Source: Fimbriosthenelais zetlandica
Taxonomy: Eukaryota
Direction: 5' to 3'
Assembly (NCBI GenBank): GCA_977030845.1
Contig: OZ365111.1
Span: 49,662,001 to 49,726,000 of the forward strand
DNA length: 64,000 nucleotides
Shown here piece by piece: positions 46,361 to 59,100 of the stretch; the first letter of the stretch is position 1, and each line of letters starts with the position of its first letter. The translations under genes and the position numbers were made by a program. The notes beneath the pieces are model-generated. The model ran no database searches and was not told the origin of the DNA. It worked only from the letters and a program-made list of their open reading frames with translations.

Positions 46361-48299
46361 CTGAAAGACAAATTAGTTATACACCGGTTTGGTGGCTTCT
46401 TTTGACAATAAAGGCAATTACAGATAGCCAAATTGATAGCCCTGCCACCTATAGTGTATGAAGAAAAACCTCCACTCGTAGACATCGCTACTTCCGGTTT
46501 ATGTGTATTGCCATAGGTTTGAAGTGGGGAATACACAAACGGTTCACAGAAAACCTTTTCCAAATTGTGTATAATATGTCCCCTTTCCACTTTTCAGTGG
46601 ATGACAAATGCCTTTTACATTCAGTTCTGCTCACAGTACTTGCATAGAGAAGTCAATTAAATCAGCTATATTATTGATATCACTACACTTGGGTAGGCCT
46701 ACCCTGAGGCCCCATGTACTTTATTACTTTGACTAGTAAGAAACAAGAAGCGGAAATATAGCTGACTATATAGCTGAATGCTTCTGTTGCTTTAAATTGT
46801 ATTATTTTGACCATTGGGTAGCCTAATACACTACAATTAGCCTAGTGTAGCCTACTCTAAATTGCATTCAGAAAATAGTTTACGCTGCAAAAATTAGGAT
46901 AATTATGCCTATTATATCATATTGCTAAAATGATTATATAATTGATTGACAATTCTCAAGATTACCCATATATAGGACATGCTTAATGCATTTCGTCATG
47001 AATCACTAGGCCCTATATATAATAGGCTATGCACGACTATTTATATTTATAATATTGCCATGCAAATTTATTCCTGGCAAAAGTAATGGGTTCTGGAATT
47101 GGATACAATAATATAGCCCTAATTGAATGAGAAATTATGGATACGGTAGCCTACTATTCATTACCTGAGGGGTTGGGGTGGGGTGGGGTGGGTGGGGAGT
47201 AAGATTTCTTTTAGTAGTCCCCTACCAGAAAATATTCACACCGTTGTCAATTTTGAGGAAAGTTCATGTCATAAAAGAACTAACTTCTTTCCTAAATGGC
47301 GATTGAAGAAGGTGCTAGAAGTCTGAATTCAGCGATTTAATATGTTTTAGTTTTGACTTAAAACAGATAGGCTATATAATAGCTGCTAGCTCCTTGAATA
47401 GCATAAATTTCCTAAATATTTCCTAAAGGGCATGAATAAGTTCGGACTTAACACTATAGGATCTCTATGGCCTATAGGCCTATTCATTTTAATACAAAAC
47501 AGTGAAATGAATTTGTGTAAATTTGTTTAAAATGTAGGCCTAATTACGCTATTTAATATGAAAATAAATTGTCACCAGACTCAAACTCAAGAAAGGTATT
47601 ATATTAGGCCTATTCTGAAGGGATAAAACTGGAACTTACTTTAATGTTGCCAGCTTTAGCCTATACCGAGACCTGTATAAGGTTTTTGGTGTCTCATCTA
47701 CGGAAGCCCAATGTGGAGTGCCACATACTGTCCTCTAACATATGACTTTTTATTATGATGTGTAATAAATAATGTCTAGGTCTGGATTGTGGCCCCTGGG
47801 GACGAGGGTGAGATGGGGGTGGGGTGGGGGTTAGCCTTGTATAGACAATATATATCCGGAAACCAGCATATTAAAAATGCACATATTATCATTTATGATA
47901 GTCAATCATCATTCACCATTTCCATGTAAAGTAGGCCTACATTAGTAGGGTAATAGACCTATACAGGCATTGTAACTCTATCTCTAGTCTACTGGAAAAC
48001 ACATGGTAGCCTAGCCTTCTATTAATTTTGTCTCATTGCAAAAAGACTAGGCCTACCGGTAGGCCTACCGTATAATTATGCATAGGCCTACTAATGTCTA
48101 GGCCTAAATGATTATAAGGTAGCCTACCATATAGGCCTAGTCCCTGTCTATTATTTAGGCCTATCTATAGGCCTACCTAGGCCTACTTCCTCTAAACTTT
48201 AGGGTAAAAATGTAGTTCTAAACCTGGTATTTTAACCTAAAGTGCTCTACTGATATTTTAGGTTTAGGCATAGGGCGAGAGGGCCTATGAGGCTATACT

Positions 48300-48377
48300 T
48301 AGTCAGTTCGTGCCTGACTCTGCACAACATGGCGTCGTGGCCTATGCCCGTACCGAGGGTCAGGCACGAACTGACTA
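48300..48377. repeat. Perfect 19-bp inverted repeat with 40-bp spacer
   Basis: TAGTCAGTTCGTGCCTGAC (48300-48318) / GTCAGGCACGAACTGACTA (48359-48377). Confidence 0.9.
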
Positions 48378-48701
48378 GGCTATACCAAAGATACTAATAT
48401 ATATTAGTATCTTTGGCTATACTAGGCCTACCCCTTGACTAACTGGGAAGTCCTGCACATAGCAAAACCCTGTGATTTCATTTGTTTTTGTGGGGGTTTT
48501 CACTAAAAAAAACTTGTTTCATAACTTAGCACGACTAAGCTCAATTATAAAAATAAATCTCATCTCAGTTCGTTAAGGAAAACCCAGAGAAAAACGTGGC
48601 AGAAAAGGGGTAAACTTGTCCCGCCAGCCAGGCTGTGCTTCGCGGAGTAACATGGACCTTGTAGCCACCTATCGTGAGAATAGTGAAGCTTGGCTTCACC
48701 T

Positions 48702-48714
48702 GTTGCCTGGTGAC
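48702..48714 (+). promoter_or_regulatory. RFX X-box-like motif GTTGCCTGGTGAC at the putative start of the orphan gene
   Basis: One mismatch to GTTGCC-N(0-3)-RGYAAC; lies in a locally CpG-richer segment ~130 bp before the donor at 48843. Confidence 0.4.
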
Positions 48715-50138
48715 GCCAATATGGCCGCCGTGGAGGTGGCGGGTGTGCAGCTGGCTTCATTCATTACACATATTCAGTTTTTAAAGTCATTATGGAGGAG
48801 ATTTACCACTTAGAAAGTAACAGGATCTTCTACATCTTAAATGTAAGTATTTTTGCGTTTTTAAACCACATGTCATTGTTTTAAATTAGATCTGAAACCA
48901 TTTTTTCTCATGAAATTTTCATTTTTGCCTCGGCGCGTGTGACTGTCCGCCAGCACTCGACTCGGACTTGGTCTATGGTCTTGGTCAGTTACTGTACCAA
49001 GGACAAGAAATCATTGGCAAGCTTCCCCAAACCCAAAACCATGAAGGGTCCTTATATCTACAGTATTATTTTAATTTACAGTAATTTAAATTGAGGTATA
49101 ATTAGTTATCCGGTACCGGTATTAGATCTTATAATAACTTATAATACCGGGTATAGATCTATTATAACAAAATCAAAACATGAAATTCAAGCCAATCAAG
49201 GAGATTCAAAGATACAGTATTGTTATTCTCAGGACATAACCGTACTGAATTCTACATGCATGTTAGATCTATGTACTTGAAATATAAGTTCAAGATCTAG
49301 ATCTATTTTTAATCTATACGCCTCTCCTAATAAATCCTAAGTAGGCAAGCTTGCCTTGTCGAGCTCTAACATAATAACATATGGCAGAGTTCCAATGATA
49401 TAATATGTGAGCCGGTCATAAGGCCATAAGCTTCTAAGAAAAGAACAAGGCAAGTGGCATGCAAGTGCTTGAAGTGGTGAACAACAATAGAGCGTTCACA
49501 CCAGGCCGATCACGGTCCTTCAGGCGGGGGATTAGCCTTGGCTTGGGCTTGGCTTTAGGCAAATCCTCCCCCGATTGGCTTCGGCCAGTCCGAAGGACTT
49601 TATCCTTTAGAAGTTCTGCAGATCAAAATGTTACATCAATGGAGATTAGTTGCTGGACTGTTTATATGACCTATTATTTTGCCAGGTATAGATATAGAAA
49701 CGTCGAAACCTAAAGTAGGCCTTGGTCTTATAATCGAGTCCTATTACTATTAAGATCTATTAATTAATTAGGTACCGGTACTGTACTGTTACGCCTGGCC
49801 CTAGACTAGGAGGCCTAGACCTGGCTAATGTACCGTTATTAAATTAGCGAAAAAAGACAAAATTAGCGAAAAAAGTAGAAAAAATTACTTAAGAAGAAAA
49901 AGAAATAATATTATTTGAGAAAGAAAAGAAATTTATATTCGAAGGTGAAGTAAACTATTAGCCTATTCACTTAGTTTATTCTGCGTGTAGACCCAAACTT
50001 TTGTTTCTTTTTTGTTTCTTTTTGAATTAGACTAATACAATATTAAGTTTTCATCACATCACTACCATTTAAGTCATTTTTTTCCTTTCAGGATTAATTT
50101 ATTATAAGGATATTTATATCTGGGTTTAAAACGTAGCC

Positions 50139-53100
50139 ATGATGAAACAAGTGAGCCCGTCAGTGGACATGCCGCTTGTCACGTCCCCGCTCATCCACAA
50201 CGCCATGCCGTCCAGAATAGGCCCACCAAAACCCCTCATGAAAAACATGACTGGTATCTTCCTGGGAACAGTAAGTTCTACATTTTTATAAATTTTAACA
50301 TTTTGCTCGATCATCTTATAAACTCTACTGGTAGGGTTTCAAGATGGAGATAGTTTACTAAAAAAATCCTAAGGAAAAATTAAAAAAAAAAACGGGAAAA
50401 AAAATGTCTGCAAACAAGCCTAGCTGGACTGTTACAAGCCTCACCTGTGTTAACGCTTATACCCAGGAAATTTGACCTTTAATATTAATTACCATATAAT
50501 GTCCATGATGGTTATTCATATAGAAAAGAATGCGTAAGTTGTTATTTTTTTTCCATTCAAAGTTCTTAATGAATATTTCTGTGCATGGCAACGACGCCTG
50601 TTTCTGTTATCCTGTTATTAATGTGTTTTTTTGCGCTCCTTTTGCTACAATGTAAACCCTGTATATTGTACCTACTCATAAAATATAGATTAAATTTAAA
50701 ACTAAAATAATTAATAATAATATATTTATTTAAGGATGAACACAGGAATTATCCGGCGACCAAGAAGATTGTGCCCCCTCTGGCACGGGTACGTGTGCCC
50801 ACCAAACGATCACGCACCCCCACAGAGGAACGCAGATACGTATGTCAAATTATTACTTTTATATTCACAATTACCCCTCAAAATCTAAATAAATTATAAT
50901 GGTATTAAATTTTAATCAGAGACTCGGAGATTATTCCCAACCTTTAAACATAGACATAGAATTCTATGTTTATGCTTTAAAGTAACAAAAACAAAATAGA
51001 AAGTTTCGCCTCAGTGGCGGCCACTGGAAGAACAAACCGGAACTAAATTGTTCAATTCCACAGTACATGCCTACAGTACATGTATTTGTAAATGACGTAC
51101 TGCAAATTTGAAAATAGCAACTGTTATTTCTGAAAAGGTTACTTTCTATCCTAGGATTTGTTAGTATTTTCAAAAGTATATGGCTATTAAAAAAATAAAT
51201 ATTGAACTTAACTTTGCAGATTGAAGATGATAGTGATTACTGTTGGCAATTGCCAGTAAGATTGATAATTTTGGCTGTGATTTGAACATTTCATTTTGTG
51301 TTCATTTTTTGTGATATCTTCATTTTTTTACTACTTTTAATAAGGTTCATCAAAGGGATGAGCGGCTAGAATATCGACTTCTCTTTGTACAATGTAGGCC
51401 TAGTCGCAAAACAGCGAAATAATATATGTTACTGTTCAGATTTGTTTTACTTTGTTTTTCACGAGTCCATTTGGAAAGTTATTACAGTAAATTAGATACG
51501 CTTAGGCTAAGTCGTTTTGAGAAAAACAAACTGCATGGCTTACCCCATGATTTAAAAAGATTTCTTTTACCAATAATTAAATCTTACATATTATACTATC
51601 TGCACATTTCTAATATACAGTTTGTTTTACATTATTCTAGTTTTATTTCATTTCTCATGTATTCTTGTTTTATTTTATTTTCTATATATATGATCCACCG
51701 CGACCCTTCTTCCCGCATCAATATATTGACCGCTCCTCCACAACCCTTACTATTGTCACTACCCCACCCTGGCTGACCAATGACTAATTCAACACTGGAC
51801 ATTGGCTGACCATTACCTGGCCCTGACCTGTCCATCTACCACCTGTCCCTCCACATATCTCACCTGCCTCTCACCTAAACATGGTGTCATGGACCACCCA
51901 CCATCCCTACCCGCCCCTCCTTAACTCTTACCTTTTCCATTTTCATAAATTTTAAATATTATTTTGTGTGATATAAAATCAAAATTGGATGTTAAATTTT
52001 TTTGGGATGATATTTACCATCACTATTCTTTTGTCAAATGTTGAAATACTTTTGTTTGAAATACTTCGCATTTATCTGTTTAAATATTGTATAATCCTTT
52101 ACATAAAATTACATTCGTAATATTTTATTAAAATCACAATAACTATTGGCAACTTTTTCTCAACTTAAATCTATTTCATATAAATTCAAATGGGCTCATT
52201 ATGGCACTGCATATTTTATGGCCCTGTATATTTTATGGCACTGTATCCTTCATTCCCATAAAATATCAATATATTTTGTTTTCAATGATTTGTAAAACAC
52301 AGACAGATTATTCTGATGCGCTTTGTCTTCTCTATGTCTTATCTACGACTGAACCTGTGACCATACCTAACCTGCCATCCATGCCGCCATCTCGCTATCC
52401 ACTCCACACACCGCAGAAAATGGTGGAATTACTCCGCTACAAAGATGAACGTAGGGGCTTCAGTGGAAACCCTGTCAAGGTATAACATTTTTTTCCAATC
52501 GTTACTACTTTTCGTGTTTTGACAGCAAGATAAGCTCACGGGTATATTCAATACATCATACATAGCAGATCCAAACTTTATCCACACAGATATTTTAGAA
52601 CTCCTATAGTTTGTACTTGTTTCTGCACAAGATTTGAATATGATTAACAGTAAAACACACAATTATTTTTGATTTCTTTTTCAGAGGCGGACCCCTTCAG
52701 CCACTTCTGTTCTGGATGCGCCTCCGCAGAATACCGCCCCCTCACTTGTAGAAGATGAAGATGTGGCTATTTGGGATCTTTGCAGGTAAGTGTATTTTAA
52801 ATATGATTTTTATGTTCAAACTTTACTGTTCAGAATTTAATGATCAACTTGATTATGGAATGTCATGGATTCATTCAATTCCAATTTGAAGCGTAATTCA
52901 AATCTACCATATTCCTACTCCCCGATTGCTGTCACTGGGCTATCAAAAGCCAGCTATGTCTCCCACTGTCTATGGCGAGAGGCATGTAAAGGCCAGCTAT
53001 GTCTCCCACTGTCTATGGCGAGAGGCATGTAAAGGCCAGCTATGTCTCCCACTGTCTATGGCGAGAGGCATGTAAAGGCCAGCTATGTCTCCCACTGTCT

Positions 53101-56100
53101 ATGGCGAGAGGCATGTAAAGGCCAGCTATGTCTCCCACTGTCTATGGCGAGAGGCATGTAAAGGCCAGCTATGTCTCCCACTGTCTAGGGCGAGAGGCAT
53201 GTAAAGGTCAGGTATGTCTCCCAATGTCTATGACGAGACGCATGTAAAAGGCCAGCCATTTCTCCAACTTTCTATGGCGAGAGGCAAGTAAAACGCCATC
53301 CATGTCTCCCACTGTCTATGGCAAGAGGCACGTAAAAGGCCATCCATGTCTCCCACTGTCTATGGTGAAAGCCAGAGGCATGTAAAAGGCATGTAAAAGT
53401 ACCATACAGTCAGAGAGCGTAACCAGAGAGTATAGTACGAGAGTATGATCAGATTATGTTCAGAGAGACTGGGTATAGCTATAGAGAGTATGGTTAGAGA
53501 GTGTGGTCAGATTATGTTCAGAGAGACTGGGTATAGCTATAGAGAGCATGGTTAGAGAGTATGATCAGATTATGTTCAGAGAGACTGGGTATAGCTATAG
53601 AGAGCATGGTTAGAGAGTGTGGTCAGAGAGTATGGTGAGAGTACAGAGAGAGGTGTCATTAGTGCTGGTCTCCGGTTTCTCCATGATCATGTAATATGAA
53701 ACCTTACAGAAACATGATAGAGTTCATCCAGAACTGGGGTACAGGTAAACCTTGTTAAACCAGCACCTCACTAACACGACCACCCCACGGATAAAAACTC
53801 ACAGATAAAGACCGACCGCCTATCATTCAGCCAAAATTCATTTTTACACCTTGGAAAAACACTGTCAAACCTGAATATATTTGAATAAATTAAGCAAAGT
53901 TTAGCATGCCATAAAGTGGTTGAATTATAATCTGTAAGAATTCATGTATTTTCAGACAGACTCAGAGGCATTTTACTGCGGCCACCAATTCTGGTGTCAC
54001 ACATCTAGAATACCTCAATCCTGACGCTGACGGTGGTATGACGTCACATGACCGTGACGCCTTCACCGTACCTCTGTCATCAACTTTAGCGAGCGAGGTG
54101 CATCGCTTAGCCTCCCACAGACAACCTGACACAGCTCAAGGCCTCATAGACTGCTACAAGAAAGTCTGCAAGGTAATTCTTTAAATTCATTTTCTTTAAA
54201 TTGAATCTTTAAATTCAGCTTACTTCAACTTTGATCTGTCCGTACATGTAGCTACAGGATCTGTCAGAGCTGTTGGTAGCGATCGATGAATTTTCGTTTT
54301 TTTTCCCTGACATCCCATGCCCCTTTTAAGATACAAAATCCTGGGTAAGCCCCTCTTGATACATATATTTAGGGAAGATTCCATGAATATTTTGTTAAAT
54401 TCTCATCTCATTTACTTGCAGGGAAATAAAGAAGTACTACAGCACCTTCTGCCTTCAAGGTCAATGAAAGAAGGGCAAACAAAGAGTGGACAGAACTACA
54501 ACTACACCGGATTTACTGTCAAGTAAGGCTCACCTTACTTGATAAAACCCCAAAATCTCTGTATGAGACAATGATAAGTGATAGAGTCGCTTTAAGGCCT
54601 TGGGCGCATGATGTAATTTTGGTGTAATGCAGTACTTAGAGACTTTTGTCCTTGGGTTGGAATGTCTTTTTGGACCATCTCCATCTCTTCTGGGTTTGTT
54701 TAAACCTTATAAGGGGCAGATCCAATGGGGAGGTCAAGGACTCAGGACTTAGCTGTACTACCCCCTACCCCGACATTCCTTAGAGCTTTTTTTTAATATC
54801 AATGTCCCTAATCTTTCCGAAGTATCGTCATTTTCTTAAATTTATCTTCATCTTCTTCCAACTTTATGTGCCTGATTATTCTTATTATGTATCTGATTAT
54901 TCTGAGGTCTCCTTTGTGGAGAAATAATTGCATTACTGGTATTTATAAAGCTGTTCTGTTTTTATCATTACAGGAGTTATAGGAACCCTAACCAGGCTGA
55001 TATACAGGCTAACTTCTCACCTCCCCTGCCCTCTGAACCCGCCTCACGACCCCGTACCACAGCCCACCACGACCCTTCACGACCCTACATACCCAGTCCT
55101 TACTTCTTTAAAAGTTACAGCCCGCCTCAAAAACCTACCAGCGCCAACCAGAAGGGCGCCATCCACACCTCCCCCAGGCCGGCTTATGATGGTAAGTTTA
55201 TTCATATTGCAGGCAGTATAGTGTTGATGTGGGAGGCCACAGGTTCAATTCCCGAAGCTGCATCCAAATTTGACATTTTTAGTGTTGATAACTAGGTTAT
55301 AAAATGCCAGCCTGGCCATATCTCCCACAGTGGTGAAAGAAATGTAAAAGACCAGCTACGTCTCGCACTGTCTATGCTGAGAAGCATGTAAAAAGCTAGC
55401 CATGTCTCTCACTTTCTTTCTTGAGAGGCTTGTAAAAGGCTAGCCATGTCCCACACTGTCTATCGTGAGAGGCATGTGAAAAGCCAGCTATGTCCCCACT
55501 GTCTATGGTGAGAGGTATGTAAAAGGCAAGACATCATGACTTCCATTGTCTGTCCTGAGAAGCATATGAAAGGACAGATAATGTATAAGGATTGCCACGT
55601 CGATTTCCAGGGTGCAACCAGTCTTTTCCTGGGTGATGATGCACGGTGGCTAATTTGCATTGACGTCATTGCATTTAGCGGCGTTAAGGCTTACTATTAT
55701 CTACTATTGTGTCCTCAACATAACCCGCTAACCAGCCACCCAGAAAGGTCGGGTTACTCATGCTAAAATTAGCCCTTTTTGACAGATTGCTTTGGCTATT
55801 TATAATTCACCCCCGCTATATTAAAGCGGCTCTATCACTGATCTTTTCCTTGTACCTAGGCTCAGAACTCGGCATTTTATAATCCACTGAGTGATTTTAT
55901 TTTGGAAAGGATTGAAATTCTAATTGTAACTGATAGGATTGGTGCACGGCATGATGTAACTTTATATAAACCCCTGAATAGTGTTAATTGCAAATTAATT
56001 AATCTTTGAAGCTTTGGGGATCTCAGGTTTGGGATATTTGCAGTAGCCTGACTCGAATTAATGTTCATTTAAAAATAATCTAAGAAGCTTTGGGGTTATT

Positions 56101-59100
56101 TTGAGTTGGCTGACCTTAATCCCAATGTGTGTACAATGTAAAATCCATTGGGAAAACGCTCTGGAGTAGAGAGTATTGTAATTAGGCGGACTGGACTTAA
56201 TCTAAATGATAATAAGATTCTAGGCTGAGAGGGAAAATTAGGTTAGGTGTCTGATTTAGAACAAGACTTGGGGGATTGAAGCCAAAGCTAACACCTAAAA
56301 TACTGGTAATGGGTAGAGCACCCTCCCCTTACACCGTCCATATTAGATAATATTTCCATGATTCGATCAAAGTAAACTATGCTAGCTTACTGACAATGCC
56401 CATACCATACAAAGTCCTCTGGAATGCTCAGGGCATGCCGATCATGTATCGGAAGATGATTTTACTCCAGTTATGAAACCCATTCTCTCTAATTTAATAC
56501 ATTTTCTGCGCTGATTCTGGAAATGCTGAATGCCATCAAAAGTCCTTAGTGGGTCAGTGTCTTTCAATGATTCAGTCAAAGGGTTGTTGGGAATGCAATT
56601 ACTGGAGTGTGAGGAGCAAATTGAATGTTAATTTGATTAGTTTTTCCATGGTATAGTTAAATGTGAAGAGAAAATTATAGTGATTATATAGTTGTAGCGA
56701 ACCTGAGATCCGTTGCTAATTTCAATTACATGAAATCCCGACTTTAGCCCAATATGCGTTTTATCTGTTGAAAATTGGAATTGAACCAGGGACCTCTCAC
56801 ACTCAAGTCAAACACTCTATATCCCATGAGTCACGACCCCATCCGTATTGTGAGTAATTATGCTTATTTTAAACCCCCAAGTTTTTCAAAATGAAGTTTT
56901 AAGGATGTCGTGATCTGACTTAGTCAGTCCCTGATTACATATTCCTAACGAGCTGACGAAGCTGTAAAGAAACCGTAAGCTCTATGGGGGGTGTAGTCAG
57001 GTGGTTACTATGGTAACCTGATAGGTGGTAGAAAAGTGATCCGGGTTGTGAGAGTGTGCCATGTTAACACCTTCACTGAAGGAACAGATCCATGAGCATT
57101 AAGATTTCATAATGACGCACCTTGGATTTGTTTTGACGGTGCGAATTATAATGCATCACCCAGTGCTGCTAACTGGGATATAAAGGCCAGCCATGGCTCC
57201 CACTATGAGAGGCATGTTAAAGGCCAGCCATGGCTCCCACTCTAGTGACCGTCTATGGTGAGAGCATAGGCATAAAAAAGATGTCTATGGTGAGAGGCAT
57301 GTGAATGGCCAGTAATGTCTCCCACTGCCTGTGGTGAGAGCCGTGTTATAGAGAACAATTGCTACTATTCAAAAAGCAGGCCACTCGTGCTGGCCATTGG
57401 GTGCTGGATGTTAGCCAATCTTGCACCATAATCTGTATTAAATATTGAATTTTCTCACATTCTTTGAATGACGAAATACACATCAACTCAAGTGATTTTA
57501 CATTGACCTTTCAGTCAGTCTTCTTCAGGCTTGGAACTTTAGATATTTTTCTCTTAATTTTTCAGTGTATCATTGATACTTTTGATTTTTTTTTTTAAAT
57601 TTGGGTTTTGCATGTTTTTCAATTAATAACATTAATGAAAGTTCGATATATTCTCGGTCAATTTTAAACGAAATATTTGGGGTATTTCGGTTGTAATTCA
57701 GAAATAAATTCATAAGAAAATGTTTAACATTTGAGGCTTCATAGCCTTCATTTAATTGTAGCCAACACTAAATGTGTCAATTACCATATTGAGTTACAAT
57801 ATTCCCCTAGCAGCGGTATTGTGTTTGATGAAAGTTTTGTGGCTGTCAATGGTAATATTGATATTTACAGAGCCTCGTATCGGGGTAGCTCCAGGGGCCG
57901 GTGTTTTGTCACGGTCGTTAGGCAGGAGTCGTCAGGACAACTCCCCACATAACAACACCCCACTCAACATGGAGGTTCTCCATGGTAACGGTTATACGAC
58001 ACACAAGGTAAGCAATTCACTCTCAATTAATACACAAGTCATTTAAGGCCAAGGAAGGGGAAGGGGCTGGAAGAGAAGGTGAGGGAGAGAGGGAAGAAGG
58101 GGTGAAGAGTAGTAGAGGAAGCGGAGCTTAAGCCGGGACTCTACTGCTGCGATTTTGTTTGCGACAAGTCTGCGACAAAGGTGATGCTTGTGTTTCAATG
58201 ATAAATTTACCATTGGAGGACGGCCTTAAGGCCTTGGACACTTGAACCACAATTTATAAATTTTATTCTTACACAACTTCACAAGCATCACCTTTGTCGC
58301 GGTAGTGTCGCAAGCAAAATCGCAGCAGTGGAGTCCCGGCTTTACTCTCAATTAAACCATTTAATGCCAATGATGGAGAGATGTGGGAGAGAGGGGAAGG
58401 AGAGAAAGATGGGAGAGGAGGGGCGGAAGGAAAGACAGGGGAAGGAAAGACCGGACTCGAAATCGATCCGTCCTGTACCCAAACTAAACCCCGCTCCCAT
58501 GTGCACCCCCTTATATCATTCATGTAGGCTTTTTGGACCAACATTTTTTATTAGCTTATTAGCTCTCTAGTATGCTGGAACTTACCTGTAAGGTGAAATG
58601 TTGAAGTTTAATTGGTGTTATACTGAGACCTTTCCGAGAGTGGTCGAGGTGTAATAACTAACTTAATGACGTATATATGTATATGTATGTATATTAGTAA
58701 TGACGTAGGCCCTGCTCTGCCTACTTGGAATTTCTTATTAGCAACTAATTACCCGTATCTTGCAACTTGTTTATTGCTCTTGATATATTTCCTGCAAGAT
58801 TATAAGTAATATAAGTGTCCCTTTTCCTTGCTATAGACATTATCGTTTGAAGCCTCAGATCCATAGTCTTGAGTGTAATCGGTCAATATGGGACTATCAA
58901 ATTGGGCTTAGATAACAAATACATGGCCAAAATGTTGACTTAAAACTATTCTTAACTTTTCAAGGAGGTTGAGAGAATTTTCTTTTTAATTCGTAAGATT
59001 GAATTAAAAATAGGGCCTATAGTTCCTATATTCTAATAACATAAAAAAATCTAAGCCTAAAATTTTCCTGATTTTCAGCCCGTGTAGAATAAATCACCCG

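Noticed and set aside
52935-53400. Regular ~43-bp periodicity superficially like a CRISPR array
   Set aside because: Units are head-to-tail with no unique spacers, there are no cas genes, and the context is a eukaryotic intron.
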